A stretch of DNA of 64,000 nucleotides from an uncultured Chloroflexia bacterium (GCA_963789825.1 CAWBME010000006.1:974612-1038611), one strand, 5' to 3'; shown: positions 30,452-41,610, counted from the stretch's first letter. The notes: generated by a model from the sequence alone, not told the origin. Numbers and translations are program-made.

Positions 30452-32031
30452 TCAGGGCTGCCAGGTGTTGGGGACGACCTCAAAGTCAAAGGTGTCGATC
30501 TCGTCCGACCAGTACGTGATGTCTTCGAGCGGCGCATAGGGTCCCCCGAAATACTCCTCGAAGACGATCCGGAAGCTATTGACGGGAGTGATCGTGGGGT
30601 AGAGCCGCTCGCTGCGCCTCCTGGCAAGTGGTAGGCATTCAGGATTGACATCTTGTCTTCGTGATCGCGGTCCGCCCAACCGTGATCGCCCTGAATGATG
30701 ATGATGGGCGGGGTCGAAGACCCTGCCTTGATTGCGTCGACAGATTCGAGCAAGCGAGAATTCAGGTAGGTGACTTGAGCCCCGTACGCCGCAAGTGCCT
30801 TCTGCCCCGTCGCATCCGACTGTATCGTCGTCTCGAATTCGCCCAAGCTGATGAATTCGCCGTCGGCCTTGAACACCATCGGGGGGTGCGGCGATATGAT
30901 GTGTACGAACACCAGTTTTGGTGACGGTAGCGAAGGCACGCGCGCCAACTGGTCGAACACGAACAAGATTCGGTCACGGTGATCCGCCAAGGGGTCCAAG
31001 GACGCCACCTCACCGGATGCTTGGGACTGCCGGATCGCATCCAGGCCTGACCTGGCCACTGTTGTGTCCAACAGCTTGGCTTCGAAGCGCGAGACCCCAC
31101 CCAGCAATCCTAGATCGGAGAACGGTCCAGAGTCCCTGGCGTAGAAGTGGTCGGTCCCTTCCCACTCGGTCCAGAAGGCTCCGGTCTCAAACGCAACCGT
31201 CTCGTAACCCAGGCACTCCAGCTCGCGCCGTAGCCGGTTGTTGGTGATTCTCTGGATCATCCCCCACGAAGAGATTTCTCCCGCAGAGTACACGTCCTCG
31301 AGGGATTGGAGGTAGTCCAGGTTGAGCACGGAAGCCAACGACTGCTCGGTATTCCGGTAATTGCTCAAGCTACCACGGGCGACATAGAAGCCTCGGTCCT
31401 CCAGGGCTCGAAGAAATGGCGTGTTGTCATAGCCGTGCATCTCGCGCAAGACATCGTCGCGCTCATACGCATCCATGATGATGAGATAGATGTCCGGGAG
31501 CGGGGCATCGGGAGCCGGCTGCAAGGTGCATTGGGAGGCTACCTCGGCGGCATTGGACCTGGACTGGAAGTAACCGACCTCCGCCTGGACCAGCCGCAAG
31601 GCAGGGAACAGTATCGCTACGACGGCTACTGCGTTAAGGATCGGAGTGAGTCTTTCCGGCTCGCGCAACCGGCTTGCCAGGATGCTGGCCCCCAGGAGGA
31701 GGGCGGCGGCTAGCGGCAGCAGGTAGCGATGCCGAATGAACGGTGCGAGGACGGGGAGGCTGTCCTTGAGTGCATCATACCCGTGGCCATAGGAGGCCAG
31801 GAGCAGAACGATCACGGTCGTCGCCATGCCTGCGCGATGGGGATTCCGGAAGACCAAGCGCAAGACCAGGTAGATAGCGCCTGTTCCAGCAAGGGCGAGA
31901 ATCAGCGACCTTGAGCCAACAACCGGCCGCATTTGCCCGGCATTGGTCGCCAACATGGCAATCACCGCATAGGCCGCGAACAGGAACGGGTGGAAAGCGA
32001 GGTTGGCGAGCTTGGCCAGGCTTCGGGTCAT
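30452..32031 (-). CDS. Membrane-anchored sulfatase / alkaline-phosphatase-superfamily protein (LTA-synthase-like), frameshift ~30615
   Basis: ORF 30337..32244. The likely start is MTRSLAKL at 32031, followed by ~5 TM helices and the catalytic domain (DIYLIIMDAYERD..., IIIIQGDHGW). The C-terminus continues in ORF 30452..30679 (ERLYPTITPVNSFRIVFEEYFG...). Confidence 0.65.
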
Positions 32032-32211
32032 TGGCTCCTCAGCGTGCGCCAGCCAGCGGCGTACGTCAGCCCCAATTCTAGCCGATGCGGCAGCCGCAGA
32101 ATCGACCGTCAGACCTGGGCCACCATTGGCTGGCAGCCGACCGCAGCCCTCACCCCCGACAGGCTGCCGGACCACGCCCGCCGACGACGTTGCGGGGCAT
32201 CGTGATCTGAC

Positions 32212-32241
32212 TTGACGACGATTTCCGCCGCATGCTATCAT
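32212..32241 (+). promoter_or_regulatory. Putative sigma70-type promoter of the hrcA-grpE-dnaK-dnaJ-prmA operon
   Basis: TTGACG (32212..32217), 18-nt spacer, TATCAT (32236..32241), directly upstream of CIRCE. Confidence 0.5.
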
Positions 32242-32254
32242 CATCGCCGGCCTA

Positions 32255-32281
32255 TTAGCACTCGCGACGCTCGAGTGCTAA
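32255..32281 (+). promoter_or_regulatory. CIRCE operator (HrcA binding site)
   Basis: TTAGCACTC-GCGACGCTC-GAGTGCTAA is a perfect match to the TTAGCACTC-N9-GAGTGCTAA consensus, 17 nt upstream of the hrcA start. Confidence 0.95.
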
Positions 32282-32297
32282 CGGAGAGGTGCTCTTC

Positions 32298-33329
32298 ATG
32301 CAAGACCTGACGGAGCGCCAGGAGACGATCCTGGCGCTGGTGGTTCACGAGTACATCGAGAGCGCCGAGCCCGTCGGCTCGAAGTTCCTCGTGCAACGAT
32401 TTGTGCTTGACGTGAGTTCGGCCACGGTCCGCAACGAGATGCTTGCCCTGACCGAGGCGGGATTGTTGCGTCAGCCGCACACTTCGGCCGGGCGGGTTCC
32501 GACCGAGGAGGGATACCGCTACTTCGTGCGGCGGCTGCTGGGGGATACCGATCTGCCCCCGGACGAGAAGCGCCTGATCAGCCACCAGTTCCACCAGGCT
32601 CGCCCCCAGGTCGAGGAGTGGATGAGACTGGCGGCCTCGGTGCTCGCCCAGCATGCGAGCGCCCTGTCGTTGGTGACCGCCCCCCGCCCCGAGCGAGCAG
32701 TCTTCAAGCACCTCGAACTGATCTCCACTCGGCTGAACCAGGCACTGCTGGTGCTTGTGCTGCAAGGCGGCGATGTGCGCCAGCAGCTGCTCACCTTGCA
32801 GGAGGGGATGGACCAGGGTCATCTCAGCCTGCTGGCAGACCAGGTGACGCGTGCCTGCGCTGGCCAGACCGCCGAAAGCGTCCGCACGCAGGCGGAGCTC
32901 AGCAGCGGACTGCCCTCGGAAGTGATGCGCCTGGTGGCCGGGCTGATGGTCCAGGCGGATACCCCGCCGGCGGGCGAGGTCTTCCGCGATGGACTGACCA
33001 ACGTGCTGGCCCAGCCGGAGTTCGCCGAGCCGGGCAGCGCACAGGATGCCCTTCGGCTGCTGCAGGAGCAGACTTTCCTGGAGGGCGTCGTCAGCCGGGC
33101 GCTCCAGCCGACGGTCGGCGGGGTGCAGGTGGTGATCGGCGGCGAGGGCGCCTGGTCCGAGCTGCGCAATTGGTCCATGGTGCTGGCGCGCTACGGCACT
33201 CCGGGGTTCGCCACCGGCGCCGTGGGCGTGGTCGGCCCGACACGCATGTCCTACGGGCATTCGATATCCTGCGTGCGCTACGTGGCTGGCTTGATGAGCG
33301 AACTGGTGACCGAAAGCCTGGCCGGGTGA
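32298..33329 (+). CDS. hrcA: Heat-inducible transcription repressor HrcA
   Basis: ORF 32289..33329. ATG 32298 lies 8 nt after GGAGAGG. The N-terminal wHTH is LTERQETILALVVHEYIESAEPVGSKFL, with full-length HrcA colinearity. Confidence 0.95.
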   Translation: MQDLTERQETILALVVHEYIESAEPVGSKFLVQRFVLDVSSATVRNEMLALTEAGLLRQPHTSAGRVPTEEGYRYFVRRLLGDTDLPPDEKRLISHQFHQARPQVEEWMRLAASVLAQHASALSLVTAPRPERAVFKHLELISTRLNQALLVLVLQGGDVRQQLLTLQEGMDQGHLSLLADQVTRACAGQTAESVRTQAELSSGLPSEVMRLVAGLMVQADTPPAGEVFRDGLTNVLAQPEFAEPGSAQDALRLLQEQTFLEGVVSRALQPTVGGVQVVIGGEGAWSELRNWSMVLARYGTPGFATGAVGVVGPTRMSYGHSISCVRYVAGLMSELVTESLAG

Positions 33330-33359
33330 ACCTGGCCAGATCGAAGTGAGGACGAGCGC

Positions 33360-33953
33360 GTGAAGGAAAAGAAACCCATTCCGGAGACCACCGACGAGCC
33401 CAAGGCCTCCCAAGACCAGGGCGACGAAACGCTTGACGCTGAGCGCCTGGAGCTCCCGCCCGAGATCCTGGAAGACTCGCCGGCCAGCCAGGCCGTCCTC
33501 GAGTTGGTCGATCTGACCTTACTCCAGGCACAGGCCTCAGAGTACCTCGACGGTTGGCAGCGTTCGCGGGCCGAGTTTGCCAACTACAAGCGGCGCGTCG
33601 ACAAGGAAGCGGAGGACGCCCGCGCCCGGATCACGGCCGAGCTCGCGGCGCATTTCCTGCCGATCCTCGACGACCTGGAGCGCGCCCTCAGGGACCGCCC
33701 GCTCGACGGCGACGGCGCCCGTTGGGCGGAGGGCATCGAGTTGATCTACCGCAAGATGGGTGCACTGCTCGACGCGGAGGGCATTGAACCGATTCCCGCC
33801 CGCGGCGAACGCTTCGACCCGATGGTGCACGAGGCGCTCACCCTGGAAGACAGCCAGGAGCACGACGAGGGAATGGTGATCGAAGTGATTCAACAGGGCT
33901 ACCGGCTCGGCGACCGCGTGCTGAGGCCTGCCCTGGTGCGCGTGGCCAAATAG
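33360..33953 (+). CDS. grpE: Nucleotide exchange factor GrpE
   Basis: Motifs: YLDGWQRSRAEFANYKRR...ILDDLERAL...FDPMVHEALT...VIQQGYRLGDRVLRPALVRVAK. Confidence 0.95.
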   Translation: MKEKKPIPETTDEPKASQDQGDETLDAERLELPPEILEDSPASQAVLELVDLTLLQAQASEYLDGWQRSRAEFANYKRRVDKEAEDARARITAELAAHFLPILDDLERALRDRPLDGDGARWAEGIELIYRKMGALLDAEGIEPIPARGERFDPMVHEALTLEDSQEHDEGMVIEVIQQGYRLGDRVLRPALVRVAK

Positions 33954-33965
33954 GAGGCAGCCAGC

Positions 33966-35873
33966 ATGGGCAAGATCATCGGCATCGACCTGGGCACGAC
34001 AAACTCGGTGGTCGCCATCATGGAAGGCGGCGAGCCAACCGTGATCTCCTCCTCGGAGGGCGGGCGCCTGATCCCTTCGGTCGTGGCGGTCAACCCGAAG
34101 ACGGGCGAGCGCATGGTCGGCCAGGTCGCGCGGCGACAGGCAATCGTCAATCCAGAGAACACGGTGTTCTCGATCAAGCGCTTCATGGGCCGGCGCCACT
34201 CCGATGCCGAAGTGCAGCGTGCGCTGGAGACCGTTCCCTACCGGGTGGGCGCCGCTCCCAACGGTGATGTGCGCGTGCAAATGGGCGGCAAGGAGTACTC
34301 CGCACCCGAGGTCTCGGCCATGATTCTGGCCAAGCTCAAGGCCGACGCCGAGGCCTACACCGGTGAGTCGATCACCCAGGCCGTGATCACCGTGCCCGCC
34401 TATTTCAACGACTCGCAGCGCAACGCCACCAAAGATGCTGGCAAGATCGCCGGCCTGGAAGTGCTGCGCATCATCAACGAGCCCACCGCCTCCTCCCTGG
34501 CGTACGGGATGGACAGGAAGGCCGAGCAGACCATCGCCGTCTACGACCTTGGCGGCGGGACCTTCGATATCTCGATCCTGGACGTCGGCGAAGGCGTGTT
34601 CGAGGTCAAGGCCACCAACGGCGACACCTTCCTGGGGGGCGACGACTTCGATCAGCGCATTATCGACTGGGTCGCCACCGAGTTCCAGCGCGAGCAGGGC
34701 ATCGACCTGCGCGCCGACCGCCAGGCACTGCAGCGCCTCAAGGAAGCCGGCGAGAAGGCCAAGATCGAGCTCTCCACCGTCTTGCAGACCGAGATCAACC
34801 TGCCCTTCATCACCGCCGATGCCGGCGGCCCCAAGCACCTGAGCATGCCGCTGACCCGGGCCAAGCTTGAGCAGATCACCGAGGATCTGGTCGAACGCTC
34901 GATCGCGCCCTGCCGCCAGGCGCTGCAGGATTCCGGGCTCAAACCCAGCGATATTGATGAAGTCGTGCTTGTGGGCGGCATGACGCGCATGCCGGCGGTT
35001 CAGGAGGCCGTGCGCAAGATCTTCGGCCGCGACCCGCACAAGGGCGTCAACCCGGACGAGGTGGTGGCAATCGGCGCCGCCATCCAGGCGGGCGTCCTGG
35101 GCGGCGAGGTCAAGGATATCCTGCTGCTGGACGTTACGCCCTTGACGCTTTCGATCGAGACGCTGGGCGGGGTGTCCACCGGGTTGATCGAGCGCAACAC
35201 CACGATCCCCACCCGCAAGAGCCAGGTGTTCTCGACCGCCACCGACAACCAGCGCGAGGTCGAGATCCACGTCGTCCAGGGAGAGCGCCCGATGGCGGCG
35301 GACAACAAGTCCCTGGGCAAGTTCACTCTCGACGGCATCCCACCTGCGCCGCGCGGGGTACCCCAGGTGGAGGTCACCTTCGACATCGATGCCGATGGCA
35401 TCCTCAAGGTGAGCGCCACCGACAAGGCCACCGGCCGCAGCCAGCACATCACCCTCACCGCCTCGTCCGGACTGTCGGAGAGCGAAGTCGAGAAGATGCG
35501 GCGCGATGCTGAATCGCACGCCGAGGATGATCGCAAGCGACGCGGCCTCGTCGAAGCGCGCAACTCGGCCGACAATGCCATCTATGCCTCTGAGAAGGCG
35601 CTGCGCGAACTGGGCGACAAGGTCCCGGCCGACGTGCGCTCCCGGGTGCAGTCCAAGGCCCAGGCCACACGCGCCGCCCTCGAAACCAATCTGGCCGAGA
35701 ACGTCCAACAGGCCACCAATGAACTGCTGCAGGCGATGCAGGAGATCGGCACGGCAGCCTACCAAGGCGGCAGCGAGAACATCGGAAGCGCCGCCGGCGG
35801 AACCGGCCCCACCAAGCCCAAGCCCTCCGGCGGAGACGCCGACGTTATCGATGGCGAGTTCAAGGAAGGCTGA
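33966..35873 (+). CDS. dnaK: Molecular chaperone DnaK (Hsp70)
   Basis: Motifs: [34 protein letters not shown]; full-length Hsp70. Confidence 0.98.
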   Translation: MGKIIGIDLGTTNSVVAIMEGGEPTVISSSEGGRLIPSVVAVNPKTGERMVGQVARRQAIVNPENTVFSIKRFMGRRHSDAEVQRALETVPYRVGAAPNGDVRVQMGGKEYSAPEVSAMILAKLKADAEAYTGESITQAVITVPAYFNDSQRNATKDAGKIAGLEVLRIINEPTASSLAYGMDRKAEQTIAVYDLGGGTFDISILDVGEGVFEVKATNGDTFLGGDDFDQRIIDWVATEFQREQGIDLRADRQALQRLKEAGEKAKIELSTVLQTEINLPFITADAGGPKHLSMPLTRAKLEQITEDLVERSIAPCRQALQDSGLKPSDIDEVVLVGGMTRMPAVQEAVRKIFGRDPHKGVNPDEVVAIGAAIQAGVLGGEVKDILLLDVTPLTLSIETLGGVSTGLIERNTTIPTRKSQVFSTATDNQREVEIHVVQGERPMAADNKSLGKFTLDGIPPAPRGVPQVEVTFDIDADGILKVSATDKATGRSQHITLTASSGLSESEVEKMRRDAESHAEDDRKRRGLVEARNSADNAIYASEKALRELGDKVPADVRSRVQSKAQATRAALETNLAENVQQATNELLQAMQEIGTAAYQGGSENIGSAAGGTGPTKPKPSGGDADVIDGEFKEG

Positions 35874-35916
35874 CCGCCAACGGCGCATTGCGGCCGTACC
35901 AGCGGGCTGACCGGGC

Positions 35917-37020
35917 ATGTCCGACAAGCGCGATTACTACGCGGTGCTTGAGATCGACCGACAGGCGTCGGTCGAGGATATCCGGCGCGCTTATCGCCGG
36001 CTGGCCAAGCAGTATCACCCCGACGTCAACCGCAGCGCGGGTGCCGAGGACCGCTTCAAAGAGATCAACGAGGCTTACGCCGTGCTCTCCGACGCGGAGC
36101 GGCGCGCAGCATATGACCGTTACGGCCATGCCGGTGTCCAGGGTCTCCCGACCGATTTCGGCTTCGCCGACATCTTCGAGGAGTTCTTCGGTTTCGGCAT
36201 GGCCGGCGGGCGCGGCCGCCGGCACGCCCCGCGACGCGGGGCTGACCTGCGCCTGGATGTGACGATCAGCTTCGAGCAGGCCGTGTTCGGCGTCGAGCGC
36301 GAGCTCGCCTTCACCCGCCACGAGCCTTGCCAGGGCTGCGGCGGCAGCCGCGCCGAACCGGGAACCAGCCCCATTCGCTGCACCACCTGCAACGGCTCGG
36401 GCGAGGTGCGCCAGGTGCGGCAGACATTCCTGGGCTCGATGGTCAACGTCGCTACCTGCCCGCAGTGTCGCGGTGAAGGCGAGACCATCGCCACGCTGTG
36501 CCGCGCCTGCAAGGGCGAAGGCTACCTGAAGCAAGAGGTCGCCCGGGTGGTCCCGATCCCGGCCGGCGTCGACGACGGAACGCAGGTGCGACTGAGCGGC
36601 GAGGGTGAGCCAGGGACGCTCGGCGGACCGCGCGGCGATTTGTACATCGTCATCCACGTCCAGGCCCACCGGTTCTTCCGGCGACGCGGCGACGACATCC
36701 TGCTCGACCTGAACGTCAACGTCGCCCAGGCTGCCCTCGGAGCCAAGGTCCAGATTCCGACTGTCGACGGGGATGAGGAGCTGGCGATCTCGCCTGGAAC
36801 CCAATCCGGCACCGTGCTCCGCCTGCGCGGCAAAGGGGTGTCCCGGCTGCGGCGCACGGGTCGCGGCGATCTGCTGGTGATGGTCGAGGTCGAGATTCCC
36901 AAGAAGCTAAGCACCGAGCAACGCCGCCTGTTCAGCGACCTCGCCGGGACCCTTGGCACGGAGGCCAAGCCGGTCGAGAAGAGCTTCCTCGATGGATTGA
37001 GGGAGTTCTTGGGGGGCTAG
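35917..37020 (+). CDS. dnaJ: Molecular chaperone DnaJ
   Basis: It has a J domain with HPD (YHPDVN), a G/F region and four CxxCxGxG zinc motifs. Confidence 0.97.
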   Translation: MSDKRDYYAVLEIDRQASVEDIRRAYRRLAKQYHPDVNRSAGAEDRFKEINEAYAVLSDAERRAAYDRYGHAGVQGLPTDFGFADIFEEFFGFGMAGGRGRRHAPRRGADLRLDVTISFEQAVFGVERELAFTRHEPCQGCGGSRAEPGTSPIRCTTCNGSGEVRQVRQTFLGSMVNVATCPQCRGEGETIATLCRACKGEGYLKQEVARVVPIPAGVDDGTQVRLSGEGEPGTLGGPRGDLYIVIHVQAHRFFRRRGDDILLDLNVNVAQAALGAKVQIPTVDGDEELAISPGTQSGTVLRLRGKGVSRLRRTGRGDLLVMVEVEIPKKLSTEQRRLFSDLAGTLGTEAKPVEKSFLDGLREFLGG

Positions 37021-37023
37021 CCG

Positions 37024-37938
37024 GTGGCCTGGCTGCGCATTGCGTTGGAAACCAGCGGTGAACTGGCCGAGGCCGTCGCCGATGTGCTGGCCCGCCACGT
37101 ACCCGGCGGCGTGGCCGTCGAGGCGCCACACCCCGACCTTCCCCCGACAAGCGACCCGGCCGAAATCCGCATCACCGCCTACCTACCGGTCGACGAACAC
37201 ACCGCCGACCGGCGCCGGGCGATCGAAGAGGGGATTTGGCACCTGGCGCAGATTGCCCCGCTCCCCGCACCGCAGTTCACCCCGGTCGAGGCGCAGGATT
37301 GGGCGGAGACCTGGAAGCAGCACTACCAGCCGATCCCGATCGGCGAGCGCTTGGTGATCGTCCCCTCCTGGATCGATCTGCCGCCCTCCTCCCGCCTGCC
37401 GCTCGTGCTGGATCCGGGGATGGCGTTCGGCACTGGCACTCACCCCAGCACCCAACAGTGCCTGCTGGCGCTGGAGCGGCACCTGCGCCCGGCGGCGCGG
37501 GTGATCGACCTGGGCTGCGGGTCGGGGATCCTGGCCATTGCCGCCGCCCGGCTCGGCGCCGCCAGCGTGCTTGCCCTCGATATCGACCCGCTGGCGGTCG
37601 AAGCTACACAGGCGAACTGCAGGCGCAACTCCGTCACCGAGAGGGTCGAGGCCCAACTGGGTTCACTGGACGATCTGGATGCGCCGCGCTTGGCAACCTT
37701 TCGGCCGGCCGACCTGCTCCTCGCCAACATCCTCGCTCCGGTCCTGATCGACATGCTCTCTTCCGGCCTCGAGCGGCATGTTGCCCCAGGCGGGCTGGCT
37801 GTCCTGTCGGGGATTCTCGCCGACCAGTTGCCAGGGGTGTTGCTGCAGGCAGAGGCGGTCGGCCTACAGCCGGTCGAAGTACTGGAGGCCGAAGACTGGC
37901 GCACACCAATCCTGCGTAACACAACCGCTCCCAGCTGA
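37024..37938 (+). CDS. prmA: Ribosomal protein L11 methyltransferase
   Basis: Motifs: [44 protein letters not shown]. It follows dnaJ, the conserved position for prmA. Confidence 0.9.
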   Translation: MAWLRIALETSGELAEAVADVLARHVPGGVAVEAPHPDLPPTSDPAEIRITAYLPVDEHTADRRRAIEEGIWHLAQIAPLPAPQFTPVEAQDWAETWKQHYQPIPIGERLVIVPSWIDLPPSSRLPLVLDPGMAFGTGTHPSTQQCLLALERHLRPAARVIDLGCGSGILAIAAARLGAASVLALDIDPLAVEATQANCRRNSVTERVEAQLGSLDDLDAPRLATFRPADLLLANILAPVLIDMLSSGLERHVAPGGLAVLSGILADQLPGVLLQAEAVGLQPVEVLEAEDWRTPILRNTTAPS

Positions 37939-37952
37939 ACAGCTGGGAGCGG
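37925..37952. terminator. Hairpin between convergent prmA and infA (possible bidirectional terminator)
   Basis: CCGCTCCCAGCT-GAAC-AGCTGGGAGCGG forms a perfect 12-bp stem. On the minus strand it is followed by TTGTGTTAC. Confidence 0.5.
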
Positions 37953-37978
37953 CGCGAAGTCGTCAGACCGCCTTGCGA

Positions 37979-38234
37979 CTACGGAGTCGTCTCGGCGGGT
38001 TCGGTGCCGCGCTGTCGGTAGCGATACGTGATGCGGCCACGCGTCAGGTCGTACGGCGAGAGCTCGAACTCGCACTCGATCGCCAAGCAGGATGCGGATG
38101 TAGTAGCGGCGCATCTTGCCGGAGAGGTACGCCAAGACCGTGTGGCCGTTGTCCAGCTCGACCCGGAATTGGGTCGATGGCAGGGCCTCGACGATCCGAC
38201 CATCGACTTCGATCTTGTCCGTCTGCTTGGTCAT
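37979..38234 (-). CDS. infA: Translation initiation factor IF-1, frameshift ~38070
   Basis: The N-part is in ORF 37440..38240 ([56 protein letters not shown]). The C-part is in ORF 37979..38203 ([16 protein letters not shown]...). One extra base lies in GTT-C-GAG. Confidence 0.85.
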
Positions 38235-38303
38235 GCGCACCTCAGTCGACGGCTCCGTCGCCTCCGACGCCCTTCATCTTCTTTGACGTCAACCCGTGCC
38301 GGT

Positions 38304-38513
38304 CTATGTCTCAGGCCGGCTTGCCGCAACCTTCCGCTGACGCCGCTTCAACCGTCGGATGGCCTTCTTGCGCTGGATTCGGCGCAGTTCGCTCTTGGAC
38401 ACGAACCAGCGTTTTCTGCGGACCGTACTCAGGATGCCGCTCTTGGCGACCTTCTTGCGAAAGCGCTTGAGCAGCATGTCCTGGGACTCATTCGGACGCA
38501 GGACAACTGTCAT
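38304..38513 (-). CDS. rpsU: 30S ribosomal protein S21
   Basis: A 69-aa basic protein: LLKRFRKKVAKSGILSTVRRKRWFVSKSELRR. Confidence 0.9.
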   Translation of the reverse strand: MTVVLRPNESQDMLLKRFRKKVAKSGILSTVRRKRWFVSKSELRRIQRKKAIRRLKRRQRKVAASRPET

Positions 38514-38519
38514 ACCATC

Positions 38520-39620
38520 TCACCTCCCTTCGGTTGAGGACTCGGCCCAGCCGGCCGGCTCCAACTCTCCGACCAGGGCCAGCTCCAAGTGCTCCGCCGG
38601 CGCGTCGAAGGTGACTACGCTTGTCTTGACCCGGGTGCCCACGGTCAGCATCCGTACGACCTCACTGAGCTGGAGCTTGCCCTCCACCCCATGCTCGGTA
38701 TGCACGTGGACGGAGGTTCCGGTCGCCCGCACCACTTCGCCCGTCACCGTGCTGCCGACCTGGAGCGAGGTGGCTGCCTGCATCCAGGGGTTCGGCTGCA
38801 GGCGCTTGAGGCTCAGGCCGATCCGGTTCGCCTGCGGATCCACTCGGACCACCAGGGTTTCGACCTCCTGGCCGACCTGCAGCACCTCGCCCGGGTCTTC
38901 CACCCGACGCCAGGCAAGCTCGGAAATGTGAATCAGCCCGTCGGCGCCCCCGATGTCTACAAACGCCCCGAACTCGCGCAGGCTGGTCACCACGCCCTTG
39001 CGGGTCTCGCCCTCGCGCAGGCTGGCCAGCACGTCGGCCTTGCGCTGCTGACGCCACTGGCGGATCGCCTTGCGCTCGGAAAGCACCAGGCGCTGCCGCT
39101 GCGGATCGACCTCGATCACCTTGAAGGGACGGGCCTGCCCGACCAGCCGGCGAAGTTGCTCCATGCGTGTCTCTTCATCCAGGCCGCGCGGCAAGTCAGC
39201 TAGATGCGATGCCGGGGCGAAGCCGCGGATCCGACCGAATGGAACAACCAACCCGCCGCGGTTGGCGGCGCAGGGAACGCCCTCAAAGACCGCCTCGGTG
39301 TCCATCAGCTTCTGGGCAGCTTGCCAATCGTCGCTCTCGCGCGCCAGAGCCAAGGACACGACGAGATTGCCATCGGGATCGACCGGGTTGACGACCATCG
39401 CCTTGACCCGGCTGCCAATCTTGAGCGCAGGCTCCGTCGGGGGCAGGTTGTTAATGTCCTGGAGTGGGACAACCCCGTCCCACTTTAGACCCAGATCGAG
39501 CACCAGTCCGTTGTGGTCCCTGCCGATGACGACGCCGTCGAGCACGTCTCCCCGGCGGGGCATGCTCACCTCTTCCGAGTGAGCAAGCAGGTATTCCATA
39601 CTGTCAGAAGCATCGGCCAT
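38520..39620 (-). CDS. S1 RNA-binding domain protein (ribosomal protein S1-like, four S1 repeats)
   Basis: Four repeats of the G.V..G.V......G..VD.G...G..H.SE pattern are present (e.g. GVVTSLREFGAFVDIGGADGLIHISEL). Confidence 0.85.
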   Translation of the reverse strand: MADASDSMEYLLAHSEEVSMPRRGDVLDGVVIGRDHNGLVLDLGLKWDGVVPLQDINNLPPTEPALKIGSRVKAMVVNPVDPDGNLVVSLALARESDDWQAAQKLMDTEAVFEGVPCAANRGGLVVPFGRIRGFAPASHLADLPRGLDEETRMEQLRRLVGQARPFKVIEVDPQRQRLVLSERKAIRQWRQQRKADVLASLREGETRKGVVTSLREFGAFVDIGGADGLIHISELAWRRVEDPGEVLQVGQEVETLVVRVDPQANRIGLSLKRLQPNPWMQAATSLQVGSTVTGEVVRATGTSVHVHTEHGVEGKLQLSEVVRMLTVGTRVKTSVVTFDAPAEHLELALVGELEPAGWAESSTEGR

Positions 39621-39791
39621 CCAGGGCTCCCCCCAGGGGCAAACAAAAACGCCTGATCACGTGCGGTCACAGGATGACCAGGCCAATTGGAGCGGCACGA
39701 TACCCAGCTCGTCGACCCTTTGTCTACCCCAGAGGCTCTCCTCTTACCCGTGCACCGCGCCGGAAAAGGGCCTTCCCCTGATCGCTTGACC

Positions 39792-39820
39792 ATTATACCC
39801 ACCCGATTCAGCCTTGTCAA
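39792..39820 (-). promoter_or_regulatory. Consensus sigma70 promoter for the S1-rpsU-infA transcription unit
   Basis: The minus strand reads TTGACA (39815..39820), 17-nt spacer, TATAAT (39792..39797). This leaves a ~165-nt leader before the S1 start at 39620. Confidence 0.55.
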
Positions 39821-39841
39821 ACACGGCCGAACTGCGGGCGG

Positions 39842-40355
39842 CTACGTCCCATGCGGCTCGTCGAGCGGCACCCGGTCAGTCCCATGGCGGATTTCCCAGG
39901 GATAGACAATGTGGGCATCCGTGACGGCGGAGTAGTAATCCGGCTGCGCCTGGGAGAACAGCGAGCGGTACGGGTTGAAATGCAGGACGCATGCGTAAGC
40001 ATTGGCCCCTGCTGCGGAGACCCGGCTCTTGACGGCAGTGATGGTGCGGCCGGAACCCCAGACATCGTCCACCACCAGCACCCGGCGCCCGGCGACCTGC
40101 CCGTCCTCCGGGAACTGGATGAACCTCGGCCAGGCGAGCAGCTTGGCTCGCTCGCGCTCGGCCTCGTACGGGAAATCGACCGCGGCGATCAGCATGTCAT
40201 GGATCCCCAGCGCTTCGGCCAGGATCCCCCCTGGAACCACCCCTCCCCGGCTGATCATCAGCATGGCATCGAACTCGGTGCGGAATTGGGGGATCAGATG
40301 GTCGATCAGGCGGTCGACTTCTTGCCAGTTGAGCAGTTCGCGTCCGGGTATCCAT
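39842..40355 (-). CDS. Phosphoribosyltransferase (Gpt/XGPRT-like); start region apparently frameshifted
   Basis: ORF 39842..40264 has the PRPP loop VLVVDDVWGSGRT. The in-frame upstream sequence RELLNWQEVDRLIDHLIPQFRTEFDA has no start codon. The ATG at 40353..40355 is one base out of frame. Confidence 0.7.
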
Positions 40356-40412
40356 GCCTCACCGCCAGGGGAGAAGGGTCACCGGTGATGATAGCACCGG
40401 CTTGGACGGACT

Positions 40413-41610
40413 TCAATCGCCGGGCGAGCCTGCGGCAGGCAACGGGCGAACGATCAGGGCGGTGGCTGCGCCCGACACACGCGTCAGGATCACGGTCAGG
40501 GAGCGGTCGCCGCGGAGCTTCAGCTGGCGTCCGAGCGCCTCCGTATCGACCGGCGACCCGCGCTTCTTGAACACCGCCTCGCCAGCGCCCAGGGAATCCA
40601 ACGCCGCCTGCAGACGCTTTCGCCCGAACGGCAACTGGTCGAGCACCTCATAGGCCCGCGCAAAGGGAGTGGCCACGAGATGGGGCGCGGTGAGATAGGC
40701 GATGGTCGGATCGAGCTGTGCGGCATCCAGGCGCTCGCCCAGATTGGCCACCAGCCCGGCGCGCAGCACAGCCGGGTCCGGCTCATACAGGAATGTCAGC
40801 GGGTGAGAGAGCCGCCTGGGCGGCTGAGGCGCCTCGGCCAGCGTGTGGCCGCCCGGAAGCAGCGTTGCCCGTACAGGACACGTCTGGAGCTCCCCGAACC
40901 ACAGGGTCGCCTCCTTCAACTCCCCCTCGAGCGAGATGAACTCGGTCTCGCACGCGAACTGGGCCAGGGCCTGGCGCTCGATGGCTGGGCTGACCTTGAC
41001 CGCCAGTCCCTCCAGCCGATCGATCCATTGCAGCAAGGAGGAGAGCGGCGGGTGGTACTGCTCCGGCTGCCGCAGGCGGCGGTGCCCTTCCCGACGGGAG
41101 GGATCGAAGAAGGCGGCAATCTCCGGCGTCAAAGGACCACGGTAGGCGCAGGACGTCCCCGACGAAGGCGTGGATGCGGCTGCCCCGGCCGAGGGCGGCA
41201 GCATTGGCACGGAGCAAGGCGACGCAAAGCGGGTCATGGTCGATGGCAACCACGGGATGACCCTCGGCGAGAGCCAGCGCGTCGCTGCCCAGGCCGCAGC
41301 ATAGGTCGAAGACGCGACGCAAGCCCAAGAAGCGCCCGGCGCGATGGGCCGCAACCGCGGCAGGCGTGGCCTGCTCCAGACCCTGCCGAGTGAAGTACAT
41401 CCGATGCGGCTGGTCGAACTTCTCCGCAGCGCGCTGCCGCAGCAGAGCCTGCTCCAGCGCCAGGCGTGCCAATCGCTCCGGGTAGACGCGCGACAGCCGT
41501 TGAGCCATGGCCAGGAAGGCGTCGGGCCTAGGTTGAAGGCGCATGGCCTCAGCCTGGCAGGCCAAGCCCTGCTCTGTCTGCAGCGCGGCTAGCGATGGCA
41601 GATCGAGCAT
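40413..41610 (-). CDS. Class I SAM-dependent methyltransferase with a C-terminal THUMP-like domain, frameshift ~41153
   Basis: ORF 40783..41610 carries motif I (VFDLCCGLGSDALALA). ORF 40413..41354 carries the C-terminal part (YRGPLTPEIAAFFDPSRRE...LEGLAVKVSPAIE...). Confidence 0.7.

Noticed and set aside
33537-35927. 796-aa ORF antisense to grpE/dnaK. Similar long antisense ORFs occur at 20709..22577, 32241..33413, 44954..46858, 48743..50377, 54309..55646 and 11979..13079.
   Set aside because: Each lies opposite a gene with unambiguous homology. The translations are Arg/Gly/Ala/Pro-rich low-complexity sequence, typical of stop-poor antisense frames in high-GC DNA.
38060-38080. The shared 10-mer CGAGTTCGAG at the infA and pnp (45216..45225) frameshift junctions, as a possible programmed slippery or recoding signal.
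   Set aside because: The same 10-mer is read through in frame at 351..360 and 52043..52052. There are only two cases, and an indel error is a simpler explanation.
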